Below, one piece after another: positions 10,773-22,109 of a stretch of DNA of 37,055 nucleotides; within the stretch, counting starts at the first letter, position 1, and each line of letters opens with the position of its first letter. The notes under the pieces were generated by a model. The model worked only from the letters and a program-made list of their open reading frames with translations, was not told the DNA's origin and searched no databases. Source of the stretch: Octopus bimaculoides (taxonomy: Eukaryota); assembly GCF_001194135.2 (NCBI RefSeq), contig NC_068993.1, forward strand, positions 32,388,810-32,425,864, given 5' to 3'. The translations under genes were made by a program, and so were the position numbers.

Positions 10773-13135
10773 ATGGTCAGTCGTGCACAGAATAGGCAGC
10801 GTGAATTGTGGTGACCTGAGGTCGCATTAGAAGCAGGTTCACCGGCTCAACGACTTCAGGGCACTGAATGTCGATGTGGTGGCCATTAGTAAAGCCAGAA
10901 TTTCCGACTCATGGGACCTCCAATCCATTTTCGGTGACTATGAGCTGTACGCATTTCGAAGTCGTCCGAAAGAGGAAGGCGGGGGGTCGCCGTGATGGTT
11001 CGGAAAAATTTGGATCTTGCAACACGGACGATCTTCCTGGATCCGGAAGGTAAATCGGTGGTGCTAGACATGACCGGCTGCGAAGAACATCCCTTCAGGC
11101 TAGTTGCCGTCTATGCCGCCCTGAAACTTTCCTTTAGTGTTAATGGGAGATTGGAATGGAGTTTTAAATGTACGATGGGACTCTGCAGGATAAGCGGACA
11201 GGGGAAGAGGGTGCAAAAGCCTCATAAACCTGCTCAGGCGATTCCAGATGTCTGACAAGTATCGACTGGATTTCCCTGATCTGGTCAAACCGCATCGGGT
11301 CACTCGGATCATCCAAACCGTATCAAGTCATACACAATTTAAAGTAGCTGACTACACAGACCACAAATTCGTGATCTGTACAGTCGACTTAGATATGTTC
11401 CATAGACATGGGCCCAGTAACTGAAAGCTGAACGCGTCGTTGCTGGCACGTAAAAATTTCAGAGACTGGATTATTAGACTAGTTAAGCAGACGTTGACGG
11501 GGGAAATCATCAATAATAAATTGTAGTTCGCCTTGAAGAGGGAGGTTAGAGTAGAATCAATAAGGTTTAGTAAAGGACTAGCAGTAGAAAGAAACAGAGT
11601 TAGTCAAGAAGTTAGACGAGGCTTTTAGAAAAGGCATCATGACCGACGTGCTCGCAGCGAGTTTGGCACTCGACCAATTCTTCAACACGAAACACGAAGG
11701 CTGCAATGTCAGAGTTAAGGCCCGAGCTCTTAGACATGAAGGGACGAAAGCCGTTCAATGGGCTCGAGTGACAGAAGCACAACGTGACAATAAATCCACG
11801 ATTCGATCCTTGCTGGACCACGACAAGAAAATGATAATCAATCCGTAACAGATGTGTGCAGTTGTTCAGCGGCGCTTCGCTCAACTGTTCGGGAGTAGCG
11901 ATGAGCCGGGTCGCAGGATGGATTTCACGTCCTGCTTCAACGGACTACTGCGTCTCTCGGTGACGGAGGCAGGGCACTGCGAAAGGTCGATAACAGGCTT
12001 TTAAATACGAGAAGCAATGGCTAGCTGCACGAGAGGTAAGTCACCTGGTTTGGATGGTCCGCCCTACGAGCTTTACGCTTACATGCCAGACTTGTTCGGT
12101 GACCTCTTGGCAAAGGTTTACTGCAACTGGCAACTGAATGGAAGAATTCCCAGTTTTGTGAGCCGAGGAGCGGTGGCGTTGCTGAGAAAAGACCCGAACA
12201 AGGGGGACTGTATAGACAACTTACAAAATTTTGGCCAAGATATCAGCTAGAAGGTTGGCGCTTGTCATCGGTGGTCTAGTTGAGGAGGCACCATCCCGAA
12301 AGTATTCATCAACGACAACCTCTACTTCATGCGATGCATCATAAAGAAAGTGGCTAAAGAACCTAGCACGAGTAGGGCCCTGATCAATTTAGATCAGTCT
12401 AAAGCTTTCGATAGGGTCCACCACCTTTACTTGGCGGCAGTTCTCAAGGCAGCCAGTTTCGAATTCAGGGGTTGGATTGCTGCAATGCACAGCGACATCT
12501 GTTCAGTGGTCAGAGTGAACGGTTACCTCTGAGGACCATTCAATATCATGTGCTGTCTGGCAAGGCTTCCCCCTCTCATTTATCTTGTATGTACTGACTC
12601 TCGACCCACTACTACACAAACTGGAGACGTTGAGGGGCACCGCACTTGATATAAGATGTGAGAGATGGGCGTTGGCATATGCTAACGATGTCACTGTAGT
12701 GATGTCGGAAAAAGACACATGGAAATGATCGGCACCGCTCTCAGGGACTACGAAGCGGTATTAGGAGCGACGATTAACTAGGAAAAGTCAGTGAGTTTGC
12801 GGTTCGGCACTTGGAGAAGCAAGTCCATGCCATCCAACTGCGTGTTGGGCGCCGGACGGACAGACCGGTTAAATTGCTCGAGGTCTGCTTTGGTCCGGAC
12901 CTCCAGATGGACAAAAACTGGAACAAGGTAACGAGCAGGGTGACTACTCTCACCCAGAAATGAGCCTAGAGGAAGCTATCCCTGAAAGGTCGGGCAGAAG
13001 TGGCTAACGCGTACATCACGTCCGTCATCTACTATCGCTTGACCACCGTGCTTTGTCCCGCTCACCGTTTGATTGCGTTGGAGCGTATACTTTTCCGTTT
13101 CAGGCGGTCTATCTGCTGTCAACACCCATGCGCGG
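10773..13135 (+). mobile_element. Tx1/L1-clade LINE ORF2 (APE endonuclease + RT), degenerate, 3'-truncated
   Basis: RIGSVNC, DPEGKSVVLD..FRLVAVYA, LMGDWN, YTDHKFV, KLNASLL, RGKSPGLDG, INLDQSKAFDRV, AYANDVTV (YADD), LSLKGRAEVANAYITSVIYYRL, RSICCQHP, in the expected order. Confidence 0.92.
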
Positions 13136-13144
13136 TGACCGTGT

Positions 13145-13503
13145 GACTTCACGGCATTTTTCGTATACCACTCTAAGCTGTTTTCCTCTGCTTCGATACA
13201 GTCCTGGCAACAGATCAAGCCTCTCCCACCATTTCTTTTGTTCAAGTACAGCCTATTGGTGTCACACTTAGGGTGGGAGGCTCCGTGTACTGTCAACAAT
13301 ATTCTGGTCTTGGTATCCATTTTCTTAATATCTCTCTTTTGCCATTGTTGGCAAATCTTTTGTAACAGTTCTACTGGGCGCTCTATTTCAATTTCCTTTA
13401 TATTCTCCTTGATGCTTTCTGATACTGTTCTCAAGGATCCAACAATAATTGGCACTATTTTCACCTTCTTCATTCTCCATAGCCTGACTTTTTCGTACTT
13501 AAG
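13145..13503 (-). mobile_element. R4/Dong-like LINE fragment, chimeric (RLE C-terminus fused to post-RT region)
   Basis: Minus ORF 12976-13473: KYEKVRLWRMKKVKIVPIIVGSLRTV..ELLQKIC, then QWQKRDIKKMDTKTRILLTVHGASHPKCDTNRLYLNKRNGGRGL. Confidence 0.85.
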
Positions 13504-14157
13504 AGGGTACTGTTATTTGTAGAACCACATTTAGAATTACTATGACTGCTTACTCCGTTATTGTTAAGAGGTTCAACAGATCTAGGCATAAAGTTAACTT
13601 TCTCTTTGTAACGAGCCCTTAGAGTGCTTTAATATAGCACTGAGAATGCTGCCTGAAGATATTCTCTTTAGCTGATAGGCATGAAATCCTAGTGATGAGC
13701 CTTTTTGCTCTTTTACTACAGAATCTATTATACCGCTAGAATGATTGAAGTAGCAGTTTACGTAATTAATATTATCATTCGGTTTAGTAGAATAACCCAG
13801 AGGGACATCTCTCTTAAGATTATTTTCCACTGTAATTCCTAAACATCTTAGCAGTCTCTTAATCTTTTCAATACAGAATTTACTACTTCTAGGAATGCAT
13901 CCTCCCAGTACAACCCACTCGAGAGATCAAGGAAACTGATGTAAACAGTGCAATACATTCGTAAACAGTGAAATATTCTGACAATATCTGTGACTTGCGC
14001 AGAGTCACTAGATCCCACCATTATATCAAAATTACTAGTTCTGTTTTTCCTGGTCTATAATTTCTCATCAAACTTTGTAACTGAGCGTCTAGCACTTAAA
14101 ATGATACCCATATCCCTACGGGTGAAAGAAAAAGTTTTCATTACAAAAATATACGAG

Positions 14158-14311
14158 GGGCTTCTTTCAGTTTCCGCCTACCAAATACACAGACAAGGCT
14201 TTGGTAGACCCGAGGCCTATAGTAGAAGACACTTGTCCAAGGTGTCACTCAGTGGGACAGAATCCAGAATCATGTGCTTGGGAAGCAAGCTTCTTACCAC
14301 ACAGCTACGCC
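14158..14311 (-). mobile_element. CORE-like SINE 5' half
   Basis: Reverse complement ggcgtagctgtgtggtaagaagcttg..gattctgtcccactgagtgacaccttggacaagtg..ggaaactgaaagaagccc is homologous to 8680-8800. Confidence 0.85.
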
Positions 14312-15186
14312 CAATTTATATATATATATACACACACACATACACACGCACACACACACACATATATATACACACACGCACATACACACATATAGAACAA
14401 ATAGTGGGAGATTTTCAATCCAGCAAAAATGCTTCATAAGTTCTCTAGTGGCACACCACACACCAGGCTAACAAAATTAGTTGGATTAATGAAGAACTCT
14501 TTTGGTAGGTAATCTTTTGGTAGGGCTCTAAGTTATGGTTCATCACAATCCTATATTGTAAATCCGTGGATGGGCTCCAGATGAACTGGTTTTTACAGAG
14601 TGACTATAATGGAGTGACTATAATGATAACTGGAAAGAGTTGTAAACCAAATTTACTCCAATAAATGAATTATATGTAATGACAATTATTTTAACTTGTT
14701 CCTTATACACACACGCATACATATGTGTATGTATGTATATATGTATGTATGAATATGTATGTGTGAATATGTATGTATGACTATGTATGTATGTGTGTGT
14801 ACATACATTTATAAATAATGCTCTCGTATGCAGACACATATATATACAGATACACACACACTCACACTCACACACACATATACACGCGCACGAAAAGTTT
14901 TTTTTTTTTTTATAGATTAATGTTTTAGTCAAACAGCAACCAATAAATACCTGTTTCTGCGGTGAAATAATAATCATTTTTGCAATAATACAATGTTAAA
15001 AATAAATTTGTTTGTAAAAGAGATCATTTATTTTATGCATGCAGAAATACACATGTACTCAAACACACACACACACACACACTCACGCACGCACACACAA
15101 ATATGATAATGATGACGATGACGACGACGATGATGACGACGTTCATGATGATGGCGATGATTATCGTGTATATGATCATAATGATT

Positions 15187-15887
15187 NNNNNNNNNNNNNN
15201 NNNNNNNNNNNNNNNNNNNNNNNNNNNNNNNNNNNNNNNNNNNNNNNNNNNNNNNNNNNNNNNNNNNNNNNNNNNNNNNNNNNNNNNNNNNNNNNNNNNN
15301 NNNNNNNNNNNNNNNNNNNNNNNNNNNNNNNNNNNNNNNNNNNNNNNNNNNNNNNNNNNNNNNNNNNNNNNNNNNNNNNNNNNNNNNNNNNNNNNNNNNN
15401 NNNNNNNNNNNNNNNNNNNNNNNNNNNNNNNNNNNNNNNNNNNNNNNNNNNNNNNNNNNNNNNNNNNNNNNNNNNNNNNNNNNNNNNNNNNNNNNNNNNN
15501 NNNNNNNNNNNNNNNNNNNNNNNNNNNNNNNNNNNNNNNNNNNNNNNNNNNNNNNNNNNNNNNNNNNNNNNNNNNNNNNNNNNNNNNNNNNNNNNNNNNN
15601 NNNNNNNNNNNNNNNNNNNNNNNNNNNNNNNNNNNNNNNNNNNNNNNNNNNNNNNNNNNNNNNNNNNNNNNNNNNNNNNNNNNNNNNNNNNNNNNNNNNN
15701 NNNNNNNNNNNNNNNNNNNNNNNNNNNNNNNNNNNNNNNNNNNNNNNNNNNNNNNNNNNNNNNNNNNNNNNNNNNNNNNNNNNNNNNNNNNNNNNNNNNN
15801 NNNNNNNNNNNNNNNNNNNNNNNNNNNNNNNNNNNNNNNNNNNNNNNNNNNNNNNNNNNNNNNNNNNNNNNNNNNNNNNNNNNNNNN
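15187..15887. other. Assembly gap (N). Other gaps: 19164-19365, 21112-21303, 24236-24568, 25640-26230, 28964-29030, 31613-32520
   Basis: N runs, mostly abutting microsatellites. Confidence 1.
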
Positions 15888-15939
15888 CTCCAATAAATGA
15901 ATTATATGTAATGACAATTATTTTAACTTGTTCCTTATA

Positions 15940-16162
15940 CACACACGCATACATATGTGTATGTATGTATATATGTATGTATATACAGATATTTGTGTAT
16001 ATAAATGGGTGCATGTGTGCATACACATACACACACATACACAGATACACACACGCGCACATACACACACACATACACAAACATACACACACATACACCA
16101 CATACATAGCACATACATACCACACACATATGTTTATGCATATATATATGTGTGTGTGTATG

Positions 16163-16251
<89 letters not shown>

Positions 16252-16278
16252 TCACATATTATGCACATATATATACAT

Positions 16279-16321
<43 letters not shown>

Positions 16322-16555
16322 CTTTAACACGCGCACTAAAATGCACGCACAACAGATATACATACATTTATAAATGTATGTGTTTATACTGATATATATG
16401 CTTATATATGCCTATATACACACATACCTAAATATATGAATACATGTATTCAAATATCTTCAATACATACGCACGCACACGCATGCGCACGCACACACAC
16501 ACACGCATACGCACACGCACACGCACACACACACAAACACACACACACACACATC
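15940..16555. repeat. Low-complexity (TA)n/(CA)n/(TG)n tract
   Basis: Read directly. Confidence 0.9.
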
Positions 16556-16897
16556 ACCTATATATCACTGCAGCGTCAGCCATAGTGTTATCAATTTGTT
16601 AAGGCAGTCAAAATGCTGAAATTTTCCCCAATCCAATTATCTACATGTGGTTAGTGTAGCATGCTGCTCAGTCTACTGCCTGATTGTCTGTTTTTCTGCT
16701 TGCCTGTCTAACTGCCTTGACTGCCTGTGTCTCTGTGCTCTCTCATTTGTGTATCTGTCTGTCCGGCTGTGATGAACGGTTGACTAGCTGACTCCTCTTG
16801 TATTTGCGTATGGTTCTATCTATGTCCATACGTATGGTATATAAATTTGTGTATAAATATAAGATAGATAGATACATACATACATACATACATACAC

Positions 16898-16980
16898 TTT
16901 ACTGCGACCATGCTGGAGCTCCGCTTATTCTTTGTAAGTCTAGTGTTTATTTTATCGGTCACTTTTGCCGAACCACTAAC
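16898..16980 (-). mobile_element. CORE-like SINE 3' fragment with internal deletion
   Basis: ttattctttgtaagtctag..tatcggtcacttttgccgaacc is the reverse complement of 8965-9014; also carries gaccatgctggag. Confidence 0.75.
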
Positions 16981-17189
16981 TTATTCGTACCCACATCCCC
17001 TGCTCGCAATTTATCGGATGCAGCTCTGCATCGTTAACCAGTTACAGTAGATGTCCTCTTGTGGTTAAAAAAAAATTGTAGTAGCGTCCGTTCGAACGGA
17101 TATCCACGTTGAAGTGACTACGAATATTACTTATATACATATATTATATGTATGTAAGTGTGTGTATGTATGTATGTATGTATGATGGC

Positions 17190-17370
17190 TGCAATTCAAA
17201 GGGTTAGGCTTCTCACAACCTTTATCATGCTGAATCACTCTCTAACCTACGTTAAGGGTACGCGTGTCTGTGCGTGCTCGGCCAGTTGCACGTTAATCTT
17301 ACGAACTGACTGTTCCGTTGATTGGATCAAATGGGACACTCGTCGTTGTAACCAATGGAGTACCAGTTTG
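17190..17370 (+). mobile_element. Short non-coding interspersed repeat, family unassigned
   Basis: ttaagggtacgcgtgtctgtg..ttgcacgttaat..ctgttccgttgattggatcaa resembles a recalled octopus repeat; no second copy in this window. Confidence 0.35.
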
Positions 17371-17487
17371 GATGGCCAACAGAAAACACCCACCATACCA
17401 AGCAGGCTTGATGTGGTAGCCGGTTTAGTTGCCGACGATCCGACCATGTAACACATACATACATACCTACATACATACATACAAACA

Positions 17488-19606
17488 CTGGATGCTAGAA
17501 GCCCTTCAACTTGCTAAAGTTCAGTGAGAATAGTCAAAGCCATAGCTGACCTGACTTCATCGTGGGCCACCATCTTGAAATTAAACACAAAGAGTGACTG
17601 TTTTATCACTGATAGAATACAATATCGCAAAGGCATATTCCAAGGGGACAGCCTCTCTGTGATGTTGTTTATACTTTCTGTAAACCCCTTGTCATTCATG
17701 TTAAGAAAGTCTGAAGGATATCTCACTGGTTAACAAGGAAGCAGAAATACCAAGATTACATACTGTTTCTTAGTGGATGACTTAAAACTTTATGCAAAGA
17801 ATATGCACTTAATTGAAAAAAGCCTGACCTAGTTATAACATTCTCAAAGGAATTAAGGCTGGAGTTTGGTCAGGATAAATGTTGTTATATGGTTGTGAAA
17901 AGGGGGAAGACTATAAACCAAATTAGTAGCATCTTCATCAATTATTTGACTATTTCCCCTGTATCCGAGGAGGAATGTTACAGGTATCTAGGGGTGGAGG
18001 AAAATATATCTTACAAGAATATTACAGCCGAATAACGAAAATTTGGATCTTAGAACTCTCTGCATTCAATAAAACAGTGGCCCATAATGTGTTTGCAGTG
18101 CCAGCACTCATACCAACTGCTTGATTAGACGCTTGATGAGATTCGAGCCATTGATGTGAAAACCCGAAAAATACTTACAAGTACACATAATTTCCACATA
18201 AGCAGTGACTTAGACTGCCTCTACCTAAAACGAAAACAAAGCGGTAGAGGCTTAACATCGATCCAAAATGCCTTTGAATGTCGCATCATATCACTTCGTC
18301 AACAATTAAGTATCGAAGTATATCCCTTGACCAAGTTTGCATATATGAGGATGATAACATCATAAGACTTGGAAGGCAGCTCCCTGAGCAACACCCTTTG
18401 CCTGATAACCTAGAAAACCTGCCCAAAGAAGTCGCACGACATTATCGCAACGTATCATCAGATGAAAGGATGAGATTATATGAGCAGAAGACTATGCTTC
18501 GATATGTTAATAGAAAGCTCCGTGATGATAGTAACATCGATCATCAAAGCAATTTATCATCAACCAATAGCCGGATTATTACCTCCCACTTTGAAAGGTA
18601 TGCGTATGCAATCCAAGAACAGAAAATATCAACCAAATAACTGATTCACAAAAGGGATAGAGATGCAAGTAAAGCAGACTTTGAGGAGTTAACACCGAAG
18701 ATATCACCCACATCATAAGCAATTGTCCAAAAATGTCATCAGGGTATTATCTACCGAAGGGACATGGTGTTGTAGCTGGAAAACTCTATAATGAAATCCG
18801 TCGGAAGGATAATCCCGAGGACATAGAAATAAGAACCCACAATATGGTAGAAGCCATAGCCACTCATAATAAAAAGGAATACTGGTGGAATGTCCCAGTG
18901 AAAACCTCAATAAAATGTAAGCACAACAGATATGATGTAATGATTTGGAATAGAGAAGAGAAACTGTGCCCTGTTGTGGAAATTAGCTGCCCAGCGGATG
19001 TTAACATAAAGCTGAAGAACAGTGAAAAAGAGAACACCTATGCTGAACTATTGAGAAATCTGCAGTTACTCTATCCAGATTACAAGTTCATGCTTATACC
19101 TGTAATTATTGGGGCCCTGGAATATGTAACACACTGCCTAAATGCCAATCTTGAGAAATTAGGNNNNNNNNNNNNNNNNNNNNNNNNNNNNNNNNNNNNN
19201 NNNNNNNNNNNNNNNNNNNNNNNNNNNNNNNNNNNNNNNNNNNNNNNNNNNNNNNNNNNNNNNNNNNNNNNNNNNNNNNNNNNNNNNNNNNNNNNNNNNN
19301 NNNNNNNNNNNNNNNNNNNNNNNNNNNNNNNNNNNNNNNNNNNNNNNNNNNNNNNNNNNNNNNNNTTATCATTTAAATATATATGAGCATGTCTAGATAT
19401 GCAACTATATGCATTAGAATACATACATAAAACATACATACATACATGCATACATACATACATACATACATACATACATACATACATACATACATAAAAA
19501 TACCCTGTTGTTGATGTTGAAATTCCATTGAAGGGGCCTTGGATCTAGGTTAGAAACCGGTTCTTTCTCTATTGGCAAGAAATCTTTAAATAAACTGAAT
19601 AATGAC
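17488..19606 (+). mobile_element. 5'-truncated R4/Dong-like LINE (family B, copy 1) with 3'UTR and (CATA)n tail
   Basis: KGIFQGDSLSVMLF, FLVDDLKLY, RYLGV, HNFHISSDLDCLYLKRKQSGRGL, CCHC remnant (GVNTEDITHIISNC), NRYDVMIW..VEISCP..EKENTY (RLE). The 3'UTR contains a (TACA)n tract and ends ..gaataatga(CATA)n. Confidence 0.92.
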
Positions 19607-19670
19607 ATACATACATACATACATACATACATACATACATACATACATACATACATACATGCATACATAC
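19607..19670. repeat. (CATA)n tail microsatellite
   Basis: Read directly. Confidence 0.95.
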
Positions 19671-20103
19671 ATATTATCTTAAAGCATGCTTAAGGATAAC
19701 AACGAAACCTTGGAACATTTACTGATGGGGTGATCCAATACTGTGAGTAGAGTCCAACTTGAAAAATTCGAGCTGACTAGGTCTCCATGTTTTAAGATAA
19801 TATGTAGAAACTTAATGCCCCAATCAAATCAGGTTGTAGCCCATCTGTCTGTCTGTCCGTTTGTCTGTCTCTGTCTATCTATCTATCTATCTATCTATCT
19901 AACTAACTAATTACCTATATATCCTTCTAATTGTTTGTCCATCTAATTATAAGTATATGTGTTTGTGTGTGTCTATAATTATGCATGTGTATATGCAGAG
20001 ACATTGTATATGCAGAGACATTGTATATGTAGAGAGACTGACCGATAGACACACGCACACAGACAAGGACAGACACAGATACACAGACATCTACACAGGC
20101 AGT

Positions 20104-20105
20104 CT

Positions 20106-20185
<80 letters not shown>
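20104..20185. repeat. (GATA)n microsatellite
   Basis: Read directly. Confidence 0.95.
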
Positions 20186-20186
<1 letters not shown>

Positions 20187-20624
20187 TGTATCTTTGCCAA
20201 CAACACCAATGCGGTTGTGTCATCTTCTTTATCAGGTTGCATGCAGCTGTATGTAAAACAGCTGAATATAACATGATACGCCTTGCTGTCCTGTACGACA
20301 GCAGTGGCCAATAAAATTCACCCTGCATTAAGAAACAATCGCAGAGATAGACAGGACATAGGTATTTAGTTAAGTATGCCTCTATGTAGACTGCTATTTT
20401 GCCGAGTACAGATAGGTATTTAGCTGGGTAAAGCTGGGTATCGAGAGGCATTTGGCTGAATATAGCTGAGAATAGATAGGTATTCATAAGGTCTTCAGTA
20501 TCTGCCCCACCCATGTTTTAGTCTTCATGCCAAAACGTAGGAATTTCAGACAGGCTGACCTTGGAAACTTTTGTATGCTGAGGACCGCCTCGCCTCAACT
20601 AACCATCTCTATTACAACTCAAAA

Positions 20625-21420
20625 CCAACAGCAGCAATAGCAATACCATGACTATAACTACGTCTACAAACACCACCACCAACAACAACACCACCATCAA
20701 CTCCACAACCATAACGACAATCACCACCACCTCATCGCCACCATCACTCCTATAACCACCACCACCACCAAAACCACCACCACCACCACCGCTATAGTGA
20801 CAGTGATATAGAGAAAGAGAATCCAATAATTACATTTGTATTGATGGCTTCAAATGTTAGGATATTAACTGGATATTATGTTGTCGTGGTAGTCGTGGTG
20901 GTCGTGGTTCTCGTAGTGGCCGTAGTGGTGGTGGTGCTGCTGCTGGTATTCGTCGTCATCGTCGTAACATTGATGGGATGGGAGTGGAGCTGTTGTTGTT
21001 GATGGGGGGGGGTGATAACGGTGGTGGTGGTTGTTGGCAGTAAAGATGGCGTTACTCCTTTCTTAGTGACGTCGAGGTTATAGCGGCAATATAACAATCA
21101 TTGTAACATAANNNNNNNNNNNNNNNNNNNNNNNNNNNNNNNNNNNNNNNNNNNNNNNNNNNNNNNNNNNNNNNNNNNNNNNNNNNNNNNNNNNNNNNNN
21201 NNNNNNNNNNNNNNNNNNNNNNNNNNNNNNNNNNNNNNNNNNNNNNNNNNNNNNNNNNNNNNNNNNNNNNNNNNNNNNNNNNNNNNNNNNNNNNNNNNNN
21301 NNNGTGGTGGGGGTGGCGGCGGCGGCGGCGGTTGTGGTGGTGGTGTTTGCAGCGGCGTTAGTGCTGGCGGTAATGGTAGCAACGTGGCTGTGATGGTGGT
21401 GGTGTAATGAAGGTAGTGGT
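20625..21420. repeat. Degenerate trinucleotide tracts (CAC/CAA then GGT/GTC) spanning a gap
   Basis: Read directly; source of poly-G/T/P pseudo-ORFs. Confidence 0.85.
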
Positions 21421-22109
21421 AGGTTGTAATTACAAAAGCAGTAAAGCTAGTTGTTACAGCTCTAATAAGGAGACTAATTAATGCAATTACAAATTACTTT
21501 GGGAACACTCTTTTTCCAGCTCAGACTCGCTCCTTCTCCAATTCTTTCTAATTATTCATCTCATTTATTCCTCACATATCACTGTTCTCTCTACCCCACC
21601 TCTCTCTCTACATCTCTACCTTTCTACTCTCTGTCTCTTTCTCCCTGTCTTTCTCTACCTCATACTTCTCTTTTTCTCCATTTTTTTCCCAGTTATTACT
21701 ACAATTGAGATACATAAAAACAGACTGGCAAATAGCAATACTTTTGGGGAAAGTCAGTCATACGATAATTCAGCAACCTATCCTTGGAGGTTTATTTATC
21801 CCTAATTTCTTTAAACGTTCAACAATCCGAAGATAAGCTCTACGCTTCATTAACCAGCTTAATTCGTATAGTGTTACACTTTTAACAATTAAGAGGTTAC
21901 AAATGACCTCCAACTCTGAAATAGACATTAAATAAATAAATAAATAAATAAATGAATAAATAGTTCTGGCATGGATAAGAACAATATCTTTAATTCTAAG
22001 TCACTGCTTCTGATGGAAAATATAACTTGAATATTTTGATGTCCCATTACAACATATCTACGTTTATTCTAATTCATATTACGTTGTTGATACATCCATA
22101 AACATATAA

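Noticed and set aside
15028-16392. Long ORFs (265-407 aa), and similar ones at 24005-24688, 25605-26300 and 31469-32600
   Set aside because: Made of Ns and dinucleotide repeats (YI, HT, CV runs); not coding.
17087-17100. Perfect 14-bp palindrome TCCGTTCGAACGGA
   Set aside because: Isolated; no supporting context, and chance cannot be excluded.
19991-20038. 17-bp unit repeated about 2.5 times; CRISPR-like?
   Set aside because: No spacers; a simple minisatellite in eukaryotic DNA.
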